From: Candidatus Enterocola sp.
GTDB taxonomy: Bacteria; Bacteroidota; Bacteroidia; Bacteroidales; Paludibacteraceae
Direction: 5' to 3'
Assembly (NCBI GenBank): GCA_045612225.1
Contig: JAZKYP010000015.1
Coordinates: 34,125 to 98,124 of the forward strand
Length of the DNA stretch: 64,000 nt
Within the stretch, counting starts at the first letter, position 1, and each line of letters starts with the position of its first letter. This document shows, one piece after another, positions 1 through 9,919 of the stretch. The notes under the pieces were generated by a model. It saw only the letters and a list, made by a program, of their open reading frames with translations, searched no databases and was not told where the DNA came from. Position numbers and translations under genes: made by a program.

Positions 1-547
1 TAGAAGCAATTGAAGATTGTACAAATGGAATAAAATCTTCATAAAATTCTGTAGGGAAATAATAATCTACACAGAATTTTGCCTTTTTATCGTCGAAATA
101 AATCACTCTAATAAGTGTTTTATATATATTCGACATAGTAATTTCTTCCACACGTGGAAATTCATTTGATTTGTATGTTCTTTTGTTCACACTATCCCAA
201 ATGTTTTGGGAGTTATAGTTTTGTTTGTAAAAATCTAATTCGTTTTCTGTTTTCTCAGCTGGTATGTGTCTCATATCATAGATAGACACATTGGCATTGC
301 TTAGTACAGTATCCACGTAAAGTTTTGTCAGGATTCTATCAAATGGATTTGCCAGCATATTTTTTTGCGAAATAGAATCCACAAAGTTTTGGTCTACAGC
401 CTTGAAGCCTACAGGCATTCTGTAAGAAATTTGTAGGTCGTTATGGTTTACTACTTCAGAAACCAAACCTTCTTCCATTTCAAATTTTCTTTCGCTTATG
501 CACGAAGTAAATAGGGCAAGAGCCAATAAAATTATTATGTTTCTCAT
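1..547 (-). CDS. Putative lipoprotein; 3' end lies beyond the left window edge
   Basis: Not in the ORF track because it runs off the edge. The reverse-strand ATG at 545-547 overlaps the murF/alr stop (ATGA). Hand translation MRNIIILLALALFTSCISERKFEMEEGLVSEVVNHNDLQISYRMPVGF... stays open to position 1. It has a signal peptide and a lipobox-like LFTSC. Confidence 0.6.
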   Translation of the reverse strand, partial: MRNIIILLALALFTSCISERKFEMEEGLVSEVVNHNDLQISYRMPVGFKAVDQNFVDSISQKNMLANPFDRILTKLYVDTVLSNANVSIYDMRHIPAEKTENELDFYKQNYNSQNIWDSVNKRTYKSNEFPRVEEITMSNIYKTLIRVIYFDDKKAKFCVDYYFPTEFYEDFIPFVQSSIAS

Positions 548-3018
548 TCTTGATAATATATTCGTTTTACACGTTTTGATATACTTGTTAAAATCTCGTA
601 TGGAATGGTGTTTGTTTTTTCTGCAAGCTCAGAAATGTTTGGTTCTGTGCCAAAAACAGTTACCATATCGCCTTCGTTTACATTTTCAATGCCTGTAATG
701 TCTATCATACACACATCCATGCAGATATTTCCTACAAATGGGGCTTTTTTGCTGTTTATCATTACATAACCATTGCCGTTGCCAAATGCTCTGCTTAGAC
801 CGTCGGCATAGCCAATAGGAATAGCTGCTATGCGAGAGGCTTTACTTAATCTTCCTTTTCTGTTGTAGCCCACGGTGTCTTCTGCTGTAAGTTCTTTTAT
901 CTGCAAGATACGTGTTTTAAGTGTTGCCACTGGGCGGATAGGTGAGTTTTTGTCTATCCCTATACCATAAAGACCAATACCCATTCTCACCATATCCATT
1001 TGATATTCTGGGAAACGTTGCACGCCAGATGTGTTGAGAATATGACGTAAAAACTTGGTATTAAGTTTAGTTTCTAACTCTTCGGTAATGGCCTTAAAGG
1101 TGTTTATTTGTTTAAGTGTAAACTCGTCTTCGTTTTTGTCTTCGGCTGCCACAAGGTGTGAAAACGCAGATTCTACTTTCAGACTTTTGTTGTTTTTCAA
1201 AAACTCAATTAAGGCATCTACTTCTTTAGGTTCAAAACCTAGTCGGTGCATACCTGTGTCTATTTTTAAGTGAATAGGGAAGTTTTTAATTCCTTCTCTT
1301 TCGGTATACTCGGCAAAGCTTTTTAGTATCTTGAAACTATAAATTTCTGGTTCAAGTCTGTATTTTATAAGCAAATCGAAGGTATTAAGCTCTGGATTCA
1401 TGATAATAACAGGTGTTTGAATGCCTGCTTTTCTTAGTTCCACGCCTTCGTCTGCCACTGCTACTCCAAAATAGTCACAATTGTGGTGGCTTAGTGTTTG
1501 ACCCACGGCAAGTGCTCCGCATCCGTATGCGTCTGCTTTTATCATTGCCACTGCCTTGGTCTCTTGTTTTAAGAACGACCTTAGATGTTTGAAATTATCC
1601 ACTAAAGCAGAAAGATTCACTTCCATTATGGTTTCGTGGCTCTTGGCAGATAGATAGTTTGTAATTTTTTCAAACTCAAATTTTCTAGCACCTTTAATTA
1701 ATATAATCTCATTAATAAAGGTTGGTTGAGCGTTGATAAGGTCTATAGTTCTGTCGTAGAAAGTACTTCCTTCTGGAAATAAATTTTTATAATTACTTAT
1801 TTCACCTACACCTATAAATCTGTTTATACCTTTTTCTTTTATTAGGCTTGCCACGGCAGTGTAAAGGCTTTTGCTGTCGGTGCCAGTTTGGATAATATCC
1901 GATAAAATAAGTGTTTTGCTTAGTGCAGTGTTTTTGCTTTGAGAATTTAGAAAATCCATTGCAATGGATAGCCCACCCAAGTCGGAATTGTACGAGTCGT
2001 TGATAAGTGTACAATTATTTATACCTTGTTTTAGTTCCAAACGCATTGCCACTGGCTCAAGTGACTCTGTGTTTAGGTCGCTTATGCTTAGGAAAACGCA
2101 ACAAATAATTGCATTAAGTGCATTTTCTATAGAGGCATCGTCGGTAAATGGTATTTTATACTCGTAGCCACGATTGTTGTATTCAAATTTTACTATGGTT
2201 TCTGAGTCTAATACCTCTTTTTTTACATTTATAACTGCTTTCTCGTCGTTTATTCCCCAAGTGATAAGCTGAGTTAGCTTTTTCTCAAAGTATTTTTCTA
2301 TGCCATATTTACTTGGGCAAATCACAGTGTCGGCAGGATAAAATAGTTTGATTTTCTCTTCTATTTTTTCTTCGTGAGATTTAAAACCTGCATTGTGAGC
2401 ATTGCCAATATTTGTGATAATACCGATTTTTGGTTTAATTATCATGGCAAGGCGTTCCATTTCGCCAGTTTGAGAAATGCCAGCTTCAAATATACCAAGA
2501 TTGTGATTTTCGTTTAGGTTTAGTACAGAAAGTGGCACTCCAATTTGTGAGTTGTAACTTTTAGGGCTGCGGCAACAATTAAATTTATCTTTAAGCAGTT
2601 GGTAAAGCCATTCTTTTACTATTGTTTTGCCGTTGCTACCTGTTACACCAATAATTGGAAAACGAAATAGTTCTGCTTGTGAGATAAAATTGTCTCTGTG
2701 ATACATTGCAAGTGCTTGCAGTGCCTTTAGTGTGTTGTCAACCAGGAAGAAATTGGCATTGAAACTCTCATATTTTTTGTCCCAAATAGAGATAAGAAAG
2801 TTTTTAACACCTTGTTTATAAAGGTCTTCCACATATTTATGCCCGCTACCAGTGTTGGTTTCAAGCGCCACAAAAAGGGTGGTGTCCATAAATGACACTT
2901 GTCTGCTGTCAGTTAAGCAGTGCTCAATAGTGCATTCTGGAAGTTTGATAATAGATTTGCTAACAATAAAATTATTAGCTTCTAATATATTTTTTATCTC
3001 GTTTACAGAGTATCTCAT
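544..3018 (-). CDS. murF/alr: Bifunctional UDP-N-acetylmuramoyl-tripeptide--D-alanyl-D-alanine ligase (MurF) / alanine racemase (Alr) fusion
   Basis: 824-aa ORF. The N-terminal half is a Mur ligase (P-loop GVTGSNGKT). The C-terminal half is an alanine racemase (PLP-lysine motif AMIKADAYGCG, C-terminal YEILTSISKRVKRIY). This fusion is common in Bacteroidota. Confidence 0.9.
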   Translation of the reverse strand: MRYSVNEIKNILEANNFIVSKSIIKLPECTIEHCLTDSRQVSFMDTTLFVALETNTGSGHKYVEDLYKQGVKNFLISIWDKKYESFNANFFLVDNTLKALQALAMYHRDNFISQAELFRFPIIGVTGSNGKTIVKEWLYQLLKDKFNCCRSPKSYNSQIGVPLSVLNLNENHNLGIFEAGISQTGEMERLAMIIKPKIGIITNIGNAHNAGFKSHEEKIEEKIKLFYPADTVICPSKYGIEKYFEKKLTQLITWGINDEKAVINVKKEVLDSETIVKFEYNNRGYEYKIPFTDDASIENALNAIICCVFLSISDLNTESLEPVAMRLELKQGINNCTLINDSYNSDLGGLSIAMDFLNSQSKNTALSKTLILSDIIQTGTDSKSLYTAVASLIKEKGINRFIGVGEISNYKNLFPEGSTFYDRTIDLINAQPTFINEIILIKGARKFEFEKITNYLSAKSHETIMEVNLSALVDNFKHLRSFLKQETKAVAMIKADAYGCGALAVGQTLSHHNCDYFGVAVADEGVELRKAGIQTPVIIMNPELNTFDLLIKYRLEPEIYSFKILKSFAEYTEREGIKNFPIHLKIDTGMHRLGFEPKEVDALIEFLKNNKSLKVESAFSHLVAAEDKNEDEFTLKQINTFKAITEELETKLNTKFLRHILNTSGVQRFPEYQMDMVRMGIGLYGIGIDKNSPIRPVATLKTRILQIKELTAEDTVGYNRKGRLSKASRIAAIPIGYADGLSRAFGNGNGYVMINSKKAPFVGNICMDVCMIDITGIENVNEGDMVTVFGTEPNISELAEKTNTIPYEILTSISKRVKRIYYQE

Positions 3019-3719
3019 TTAGATTTTTCCTTTATTTGTTCAGACAGGATTTCTTCAAAACTAAGGCCTGTAAGTTTTGTTATTTGTTTAAATATATAGT
3101 ATAATGCCACAAACATCACTGCTGTGCTTGGTAGTGCAATAGCAGGGTAGCTAATAGCTGTAAGTGTGCCCAATTCTTCATTGAAAGCAGCAGTGCCAGC
3201 AGGGCTAACAACTATATATTTAGTTAGAAAGAAATTTAAAAATGCTGAAAGTAGAAAAGAACCTGCTACCATAAAGGTAGATTTTACAAGCACTTTATCT
3301 ATCTCGAAAACATTATTATTTTCTATCAGTTTTTTATCTATTAGTTTTAAATCCAATAGTTCTTCATTGAAAAGAAGTTTTTTTACTAATGGATATGGAG
3401 TTTTAAGTGATATTATCACGGCCATGCCAATAAGCAGTGGCACTGCGGCTTCTTTTACTGCAAGCCATTCAGTAGGAAACTCAAATACACCGATTATGCC
3501 TGTTAGGAAGATACTTACAAAACCAATGATAGCGATAAAACCTGTTTCTTTTCTTACAAGTAAGTTATAAATGGCATATCCAACAGGAAATGCAAGTGCT
3601 ACTAAAAATCCAGGCAGGATGCCAAGGTATTCTTCTGTACTAAATTTTGAAAGTATAATAGCAGGGATTACTATACTTACTAGTAAACTCACAAGTGGTG
3701 ATTCTTTTTTCTTTTCCAC
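3015..3719 (-). CDS. Conserved multi-pass inner-membrane protein, function unknown
   Basis: 234-aa ORF with about six hydrophobic segments. It overlaps the downstream murF/alr start by 4 nt. I cannot assign a family with confidence from sequence alone. Confidence 0.7.
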   Translation of the reverse strand: MEKKKESPLVSLLVSIVIPAIILSKFSTEEYLGILPGFLVALAFPVGYAIYNLLVRKETGFIAIIGFVSIFLTGIIGVFEFPTEWLAVKEAAVPLLIGMAVIISLKTPYPLVKKLLFNEELLDLKLIDKKLIENNNVFEIDKVLVKSTFMVAGSFLLSAFLNFFLTKYIVVSPAGTAAFNEELGTLTAISYPAIALPSTAVMFVALYYIFKQITKLTGLSFEEILSEQIKEKSK

Positions 3720-3722
3720 GGT

Positions 3723-4643
3723 TTAATTTTTATATTTTTTTGTCCAATTTATTTTATCGTTCTTTATTTTTTCTAGAAGTGAAATATATTGTTCACTTTC
3801 AGGATTTGAAGGACGGTGTTTTTCTGTTTTTACTATTTTTTCGTATTCTTTTATGCCGTCTATAGTTTTGTCGGAAAAATAAGTGCCTGAAAATTTTTCC
3901 CAAATATAATCTACGGCAAGTGCAGTAGGGTGAGCCATATCTTCTGCAAAAAATCTGTAATCTCTTAGTTCGTCGAGCACAATTTCATACGAAGGGAAGT
4001 ATTCGCAGTTTGGGTGCAGTGCCACGAGTTTGTCTACAGCAAGCAGAAGTCTGCTTTTGCTCAGTTGGTTTTCGTGGGCTCCGTCTTTTAAATGACGCAC
4101 AGGACTCACAGTAAATATTATGCGAGCAGGAGTTTGGCAAATAGGTTTTAGTACCTCGATTATTTCTTCCACATCCATTGCTCTGCGAGTGAAACTACTT
4201 GCACTGCTATGATGGCAGTTTGCCACTATTTCGCCAGTTTCGTTTAGTTCATATACCCAACTTGTGCCAAGGGTGATGATAATAATTGGGTTTTCTGAAT
4301 TTAAAATATCGTTGGCTCTTGCGATAGCCTCGCTCATTTGGCGGATAGCCTCATTCTTGTCGGCACTTGAATAACTGCTATGAAAAGCATAACTATTCCA
4401 TTTGTCTTTTTGAAAAAACAGACTTTCTTCTGCTATAGCTTTGTTCTCAGCAATAAGTTTAAATGAATTTGCCACAGAATACGGATTGTAAATAGCCCCG
4501 AAAGGATGCATTGCCTCAAACCCACCTTCTGTAAATTTTACTTGCATATTTTGGGCAAAGCAAGAACCCAGAAGAAGAATCTTTTGGCTGTGATTTATCT
4601 TCTGTGGAGATTTTTGTATCTGTATTTCTGTTCTGAAATTCAT
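3723..4643 (-). CDS. GSCFA-domain protein
   Basis: 306-aa ORF carrying the eponymous motif LLLGSCFAQN near the N-terminus. Confidence 0.8.
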   Translation of the reverse strand: MNFRTEIQIQKSPQKINHSQKILLLGSCFAQNMQVKFTEGGFEAMHPFGAIYNPYSVANSFKLIAENKAIAEESLFFQKDKWNSYAFHSSYSSADKNEAIRQMSEAIARANDILNSENPIIIITLGTSWVYELNETGEIVANCHHSSASSFTRRAMDVEEIIEVLKPICQTPARIIFTVSPVRHLKDGAHENQLSKSRLLLAVDKLVALHPNCEYFPSYEIVLDELRDYRFFAEDMAHPTALAVDYIWEKFSGTYFSDKTIDGIKEYEKIVKTEKHRPSNPESEQYISLLEKIKNDKINWTKKYKN

Positions 4644-5608
4644 TATTCAAATATTTTTAAAAGCTCGTCTAAGTTTGGAGTTAAAATAATCTCGATACGG
4701 CGATTTGCTTTGCGTGCTTCTTTAGTGTCTGCTGTGTCGATAGGGCAATATTCGCTTCTACCGCTTGCACTCACTTTTGTAGGGTCTATATCTTTGTTTT
4801 CCAATAAGATTCTTACAATAGATGTGGCACGTTTTACACTTAAGTCCCAGTTGTCTAGTACGTTACCATTTCCTGCGAATGGAACATTGTCGGTGTGACC
4901 TTCCACTACAATATCCACGTCCTTTGTGGTAGCAAGCACTTTAGAAAGTTCTCTAATAGCTCTTGCACCTTTGGCGTCTACAACCCAACGTCCAGATTGG
5001 AAAAGTAGTTTTTCGTCCATAGAAACATATACTTTACCACCTTTTTCGCTCACTTTAAGTCCGTCTGCTTCAAATGGAGCAAGCGCCTTCATTACTTTAT
5101 CTTTAAGTGAGTTTAAGTAATTGTCGCGTTCTTCAAGCAGTTTTGTAAGCTCAGTAATCTTTGCATTTCTGTCTTCAAGTTCTGCTTGTTTTTCCTTTAG
5201 TGAGCGTTCAGCTTTGAATAGCGCATCTTCGCGTTGAATAAGTTCAGTTTGTAATGCTTGGATTTCTTCTAGCATTTTTTGGATTTCGTCTTTTGTTTTA
5301 GAACTTTTCAGTTTTTCAAGTAGGCTAGCATTTTGTTCTTGCATTTTATTGCAATCTTCCACCACGCGTTGCAACTCTCTAGAAAGTCTAGTGGTGTCTT
5401 CCTCTATCAACTCTTTTTCTTGATTTAGTTTTGCTACTAGTGTTTCTAAATCTTGTATTTTGGCTTTAGCCTTATTTAGCTCCTTGTCACACTCTTTTGC
5501 TTGAGTGTATAAATTTGCTTCGCTTTCCAATAACTCATTGTATTTTGCTTGTGAAACACAAGAAGCTGTAATTACAGCCACACAGAAAAGATAAAATATT
5601 TTTTTCAT
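4643..5608 (-). CDS. OmpA-family peptidoglycan-binding lipoprotein with a long coiled-coil
   Basis: Signal peptide plus lipobox (VITASC). Residues about 30-170 are E/K/L-rich coiled coil. The C-terminal OmpA/MotB domain shows GHTDNVP...NWDLSVKRATSIVRIL...NRRIEIIL. Confidence 0.85.
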   Translation of the reverse strand: MKKIFYLFCVAVITASCVSQAKYNELLESEANLYTQAKECDKELNKAKAKIQDLETLVAKLNQEKELIEEDTTRLSRELQRVVEDCNKMQEQNASLLEKLKSSKTKDEIQKMLEEIQALQTELIQREDALFKAERSLKEKQAELEDRNAKITELTKLLEERDNYLNSLKDKVMKALAPFEADGLKVSEKGGKVYVSMDEKLLFQSGRWVVDAKGARAIRELSKVLATTKDVDIVVEGHTDNVPFAGNGNVLDNWDLSVKRATSIVRILLENKDIDPTKVSASGRSEYCPIDTADTKEARKANRRIEIILTPNLDELLKIFE

Positions 5609-5721
5609 ATATTTTTTTTGTTTAATTGTTTACATCCTACTGCACAATACAAAATTAATAAAATACTCATTAAATATCAATTAATAATATGCTAATTTAT
5701 GTTATTTAAGAATTTATTGTG

Positions 5722-5729
5722 TATTTTTG
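5722..5729 (+). promoter_or_regulatory. Putative -7 promoter box for dxs
   Basis: TATTTTTG matches the Bacteroidetes sigma-A -7 consensus TAnnTTTG, about 18 nt upstream of the ATG at 5747. Confidence 0.45.
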
Positions 5730-5746
5730 TACTCAAATGTAAATTT

Positions 5747-7630
5747 ATGTCAGATAAATACCCAATATTATCCACTATTAATTATCCATCAGACCTTAGG
5801 AAGCTTGATAAAAAACTTCTTAAACCATTGTGTCAGGAAATAAGAACTTTCATTATCGAGGAGTTGGCAAACAATCCTGGACACTTGGCTTCTAGCTTGG
5901 GTGTGGTGGAACTTACTGTGGCATTACATTATGTTTTTGATACTCCAGAAGACCGTATAGTATGGGACGTTGGTCATCAAGCTTACGGACACAAAATACT
6001 TACAGGCAGACGCGAAAGATTTTCTACAAACAGAAAATTTAAGGGTCTTTCTGGTTTCCCTTCTCCAAAAGAAAGCGAGTATGATGCTTTTGTGGCAGGG
6101 CATGCTTCAAACTCTATTTCAGCAGCATTAGGTATGGCTATTGGTAGCGAAAAACTAGATACCAATAGAAAGGTTGTTGCTGTGATTGGTGACGGCTCTA
6201 TGACAGGCGGTCTTGCTTTTGAAGGTCTTAACAATGCCTGCGTAAACCCTAATAATCTGCTAGTTATCTTAAACGATAACAATATGGCAATTGACAATGC
6301 AGTGGGTGGACTTAGTGAATATCTTACCGATATTACATCTTCTGCGTGGTACAATAAATGGCGTTTTAGAACATACCATTTCTTTAAGAAAATTGGGCTG
6401 ATGAAAACTTCTACTCGTAACCGTATGGTTAGGTTTGGAAATCACCTTAAAACAGCTCTTACTGGTGGTTCTAATATCTTTGAAGGTCTAAACATAAGAT
6501 ATTTCGGTCAACTTGATGGTCATAATATCGACCAACTTGTGAAAACATTAACCGATATCAAAAATTTTGAAGGGCCTCGTGTTCTTCATATTAAAACAGT
6601 AAAAGGAAAAGGCTTTGCTCCAGCAGAAAACTCTGCTACCATTTGGCATGCTCCTGGTTATTTCAACCCAGAAACAGGCGAAAGAATAAAGAGTAAAAAT
6701 TCTGGTGTAGCGCTTTATCAAGATGTTTTCGGTGAAACACTTTTAGATCTTGCAAAAGAAAATGAAAAGATTGTAGGTGTTACTCCAGCTATGCCAACTG
6801 GTTGCTCTATGAACATAATGATGCAAGAAATGCCAGATAGAGTGTTCGATGTGGGCATTGCTGAAGCACATGCTGTGACATTCTCTGCAGGTATGGCAAA
6901 AGAGGGTTTAATGCCTTTCTGTAATATCTATTCTTCGTTTATGCAACGTGCCTACGACCAAATTATCCACGATGTGGCTTTGCAAAACTTAAATATGGTT
7001 TTATGCCTTGATAGAGCAGGTCTTGTGGGTGCCGATGGTCCTACACACCATGGTGCATTTGATATGTCATATCTACGTTGTATCCCAAATCTTACAATTG
7101 CTTCTCCGCTTAACGAACTAGAACTGAGAAACTTAATGTACACTGCTCAACAAGAAGGCAAAGGTACATTTGTAATTCGTTATCCTCGTGGAGCTGGTGA
7201 GGGTGTAGAATGGAAAGGTGTACCTATGATAGAAATTCCAGTAGGCAAGGGCGTAGAACTTAAAAAAGGTAACAAGGTAGCTGTACTTAGCGTTGGACCA
7301 ATAGGAAATACTGTAATGAAAGCGGTAGAAAGTCTAGGCGCTGATGCTAGTGAAGTCGGTGTTTATGATATGCGCTTTATTAAACCTCTTGATACAGCAC
7401 TTCTGGATGAAGTGTTTAAAAATTATAAGTCTATTGTTACAGTAGAAGATGGTGCGCTTAAGGGTGGATTTGGTTCTGCTGTGCTAGAATATATGGCAGA
7501 TAGTGGTGTGGCACTTCCTGTGAAACGCATCGGCATTCCAGACAACTTTGTAGAGCACGGCACTCCTGCCGAACTTTACCACATGCTTGGCATGGATGTG
7601 GAAGGAATTGCTAAACAACTTGTTAAATAA
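5747..7630 (+). CDS. dxs: 1-deoxy-D-xylulose-5-phosphate synthase
   Basis: The ORF track gives 5699-7630. I place the start at the internal ATG ([20 protein letters not shown]), which lies downstream of the -7 box. TPP-binding motif [17 protein letters not shown]; transketolase-like C-terminal domains. Confidence 0.92.
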   Translation: MSDKYPILSTINYPSDLRKLDKKLLKPLCQEIRTFIIEELANNPGHLASSLGVVELTVALHYVFDTPEDRIVWDVGHQAYGHKILTGRRERFSTNRKFKGLSGFPSPKESEYDAFVAGHASNSISAALGMAIGSEKLDTNRKVVAVIGDGSMTGGLAFEGLNNACVNPNNLLVILNDNNMAIDNAVGGLSEYLTDITSSAWYNKWRFRTYHFFKKIGLMKTSTRNRMVRFGNHLKTALTGGSNIFEGLNIRYFGQLDGHNIDQLVKTLTDIKNFEGPRVLHIKTVKGKGFAPAENSATIWHAPGYFNPETGERIKSKNSGVALYQDVFGETLLDLAKENEKIVGVTPAMPTGCSMNIMMQEMPDRVFDVGIAEAHAVTFSAGMAKEGLMPFCNIYSSFMQRAYDQIIHDVALQNLNMVLCLDRAGLVGADGPTHHGAFDMSYLRCIPNLTIASPLNELELRNLMYTAQQEGKGTFVIRYPRGAGEGVEWKGVPMIEIPVGKGVELKKGNKVAVLSVGPIGNTVMKAVESLGADASEVGVYDMRFIKPLDTALLDEVFKNYKSIVTVEDGALKGGFGSAVLEYMADSGVALPVKRIGIPDNFVEHGTPAELYHMLGMDVEGIAKQLVK

Positions 7631-7799
7631 TCTGTATTGTACCTAAAAATACAGAGTAGAGCTCTTCACGGGATTTTACTTATGATTAACTACAAAAGCT
7701 AAACTCGCTTTGCTCAGACAACGCTTTTGCTTAACGTTAATCATTTCATAAAATCTTTTTCCGCTCATCGCTATATCTTATTTTTAGGTACAATACGAT
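7630..7799. repeat. About 170-nt imperfect hairpin / inverted repeat between dxs and ttcA
   Basis: Perfect 18-bp arms GTATTGTACCTAAAAATA (7634-7651) and TATTTTTAGGTACAATAC (7779-7796). Inner helices pair 7672-7678 with 7749-7755, 7682-7690 with 7736-7744, and 7693-7699 with 7723-7729. The apical loop is 23 nt. Confidence 0.7.
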
Positions 7800-7829
7800 G
7801 TAAATATTAGGGAGCACGCAAGATTAACA

Positions 7830-8561
7830 ATGGAAAAAATACTATACAGAATCGGGAAAAAATTTCGCAAGGCGATGAAGGAGTATGGTCTTATCGACGA
7901 TGGCGATAAGGTCTTGATAGGTCTTTCTGGTGGAAAGGATTCGCTTGCATTAGTGGAATTCCTTGCGGAACGCTCTCGCGTATTTAAACCCCGATTTTCT
8001 GTTGTCGCTGCCCATGTGAGTATGGAAAATATTCCATATCAAGCCGATATCGAATACCTTAAAAACTATTGCGAGAGTTTCGGTGTGCCATTTTACCATG
8101 TAACCACAAGTTTCAATCCCGATACCGACAAACGCAAAGCACCATGCTTTCTTTGCTCTTGGAATCGCAGAAAGAAACTTTTTGACCTTGCCAAAGAACT
8201 TGGCTGTACAAAAATAGCACTTGGTCATCACCAAGACGATATACTCTCCACTTTGCTAATGAATCTTACATTTCAAGGTGCATTTGCCACAATGCCGCCA
8301 AGGCTTTATATGAATAGGGTAGATGTGGATATTATTCGTCCACTTTGCCTTGTGCCAGAAGCAGACCTTGTGGAATATGCAGAGCTGAGAGAACTGAAGA
8401 AACAAATAAAAAATTGCCCTTACGAACAAGATTCTTTCCGTCATGACATGAAAGAGGTAATGGCACTACTAGAAAAAATGAATCCAGAAGCCCGTCACAG
8501 TCTTTGGGGGGCAATGACTAATATACAATCAGATTATTTACCAATATTAAAAGATGAGTGA
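7830..8561 (+). CDS. ttcA: PP-loop ATPase, tRNA 2-thiocytidine biosynthesis TtcA-like
   Basis: 243 aa with PP-loop GLSGGKDS and the Cys motifs PCFLCSWNRR and NCPY typical of TtcA-family tRNA thiolases. Confidence 0.75.
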   Translation: MEKILYRIGKKFRKAMKEYGLIDDGDKVLIGLSGGKDSLALVEFLAERSRVFKPRFSVVAAHVSMENIPYQADIEYLKNYCESFGVPFYHVTTSFNPDTDKRKAPCFLCSWNRRKKLFDLAKELGCTKIALGHHQDDILSTLLMNLTFQGAFATMPPRLYMNRVDVDIIRPLCLVPEADLVEYAELRELKKQIKNCPYEQDSFRHDMKEVMALLEKMNPEARHSLWGAMTNIQSDYLPILKDE

Positions 8562-8868
8562 GTTTTTAACCTTAGAAGAAAACATCGTTAAGATGTTGAA
8601 AACAGTGTTCGACCCAGAAATTGCGGTCAATATTTACGATTTAGGCTTAATTTACAAAATAGATGTGAACGAAAACAACGACGTTCACATAGACATGACC
8701 CTTACAGCACCTTCTTGCCCAATGGCAGACTTTATCTTAGAAGATGTAAAACAAAAAATCGAGTCAATAGAAGGCGTAGGCAAAGTAGAAATCGAACTAG
8801 TCTTCGAACCTGTCTGGGATCGCGACATGATGTCGGAAGAAGCCAAACTAGAGTTAGGTTTCTTATAA
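8554..8868 (+). CDS. DUF59 / MIP18-family Fe-S cluster assembly protein (SufT-like)
   Basis: 104 aa. FDPEIAVNIYDLGLIY...MTLTAPSCPMADFI is the typical DUF59 core. It overlaps the ttcA stop by 8 nt. Confidence 0.75.
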   Translation: MSEFLTLEENIVKMLKTVFDPEIAVNIYDLGLIYKIDVNENNDVHIDMTLTAPSCPMADFILEDVKQKIESIEGVGKVEIELVFEPVWDRDMMSEEAKLELGFL

Positions 8869-8890
8869 GGAATTAGTATATTAAAACCAA

Positions 8891-8921
8891 TCAGGGTTGC
8901 TACGAAATGTGGCAACCCTGA
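8891..8921. terminator. Hairpin terminator between convergent genes (DUF59 gene and panB)
   Basis: 10-bp stem TCAGGGTTGC / GCAACCCTGA with an 11-nt loop. The T-rich tract is good on the minus strand (TTGGTTTTAA) and weaker on the plus strand. Confidence 0.6.
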
Positions 8922-8944
8922 ATTATTATTGTAGTAAGAATGTT

Positions 8945-9766
8945 TTAATATTGTTCTTTTTCTGAAGGGAAGTCGCAAGATTTTACGTCGTCGATGTAGT
9001 TTTGCACTGCTTCGGTGATAACGGTGTTTAGGTCGGCATAGCGGCGAAGGAAACGTGGAGAGAATCCTTTGGTGATGCCAAGCATATCTTGCATTACAAG
9101 CACTTGACCATCTACACCTGAGCCTGCGCCAATACCAATAATAGGAATTTGCACTGCTTGTGCCACGCGAGTTGCAAGCGCTGCAGGGATTTTTTCAAGC
9201 ACAATAGCAAAGCAACCAGCTTGTTCCAAAAGTTTTGCATCTTCTATAAGTTTGTTTGCCTCTTCTTCTTCTTTTGCACGTACAGCGTATGTACCATATT
9301 TGTTGATAGATTGTGGCATTAGGCCTAGGTGACCCATAACAGGGATACCAGCCGAAATAATACGTGTGATAGAGTCGATAACTTCCTCGCCACCTTCCAT
9401 TTTAATACAATCTACACCAGTTTCTTTCATAATGCGGATAGCAGAAGAAAGCGCTTCAAGTGAGTTGCCTTGATATGTACCGAAAGGCATATCGCACACC
9501 ACTAGTGAGCGTTTAGCAGCTTTCATTACACCTTTTGCAAGGAAAATCATTTCGTCTAGTGTAATAGGAAGGGTGGTAGTGTTACCACATATAACATTAG
9601 AAGCAGAGTCGCCAATTAAAAGTACATCAACGCCAGCTCCATCTAGAATAGTAGCCATTGAATAATCGTATGCTGTAAGCATGCTAATTTTTTCGCCTCT
9701 TTCTTTCATTTCTCTAAGGCGATGTGTTGTAACCTTACGTTGGTCTTCAATCTTGTGTACAGACAT
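8945..9766 (-). CDS. panB: 3-methyl-2-oxobutanoate hydroxymethyltransferase
   Basis: The ORF track gives 8945-9793. I place the start at the ATG at 9766 ([11 protein letters not shown]...), because the -7 box at 9791-9798 overlaps the longer start. Typical PanB core: LTAYDY...LIGDS...MPFG...KMEGG. Confidence 0.9.
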   Translation of the reverse strand: MSVHKIEDQRKVTTHRLREMKERGEKISMLTAYDYSMATILDGAGVDVLLIGDSASNVICGNTTTLPITLDEMIFLAKGVMKAAKRSLVVCDMPFGTYQGNSLEALSSAIRIMKETGVDCIKMEGGEEVIDSITRIISAGIPVMGHLGLMPQSINKYGTYAVRAKEEEEANKLIEDAKLLEQAGCFAIVLEKIPAALATRVAQAVQIPIIGIGAGSGVDGQVLVMQDMLGITKGFSPRFLRRYADLNTVITEAVQNYIDDVKSCDFPSEKEQY

Positions 9767-9790
9767 AATTAAGTAGTTTAAAATTCTGTG

Positions 9791-9798
9791 CAAAATTA
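9791..9798 (-). promoter_or_regulatory. Putative -7 promoter box for panB
   Basis: The reverse complement reads TAATTTTG (TAnnTTTG), about 25 nt upstream of the ATG at 9766. Confidence 0.4.
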
Positions 9799-9841
9799 CT
9801 AAATTATTTACAAACCATTATACTAATTCATATTTTTTATA

Positions 9842-9849
9842 TAAATTTG
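9842..9849 (+). promoter_or_regulatory. Putative -7 promoter box for the 9920 gene / acyltransferase operon
   Basis: TAAATTTG matches TAnnTTTG in the divergent spacer. Confidence 0.35.
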
Positions 9850-9919
9850 CATAGTTAAGGACACAGCACGCTATGTTTCTACACATACATAAAACGAAAA
9901 ATAATTAAATAACAAAGAT

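Noticed and set aside
544-3018. MurF-alanine racemase fusion considered as a novelty.
   Set aside because: As far as I recall, this bifunctional arrangement is already widely annotated in Bacteroidota. It is reported as a feature only.
5609-5746. Looked for a TPP riboswitch upstream of dxs, a preQ1 riboswitch upstream of queC or queF (46404-46422, 47104-47111), and a T-box upstream of argS (54542-54633).
   Set aside because: The spacers are too short or purely AT-rich. No CUGAGA-type TPP core or preQ1 hairpin is visible.
5699-5746. N-terminal extensions in the ORF track for dxs, panB, bamD, the 27102 transporter, the LRR protein, folD, thrA, the DUF349 gene and queC.
   Set aside because: The extended starts are TTG/GTG codons or lie upstream of, or across, the TAnnTTTG promoter boxes or the preceding gene's stop. 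Internal ATGs give canonical N-termini (signal peptides, [16 protein letters not shown] and so on).
7672-7755. Considered an integron attC site for the dxs-ttcA hairpin, because of the GATTAAC and GTTAATC inner repeats that resemble R''/R' cores.
   Set aside because: The core-like motifs are internal rather than terminal, each deviates from RYYYAAC / GTTRRRY, no integrase or cassette array is nearby, and both flanking genes are housekeeping.
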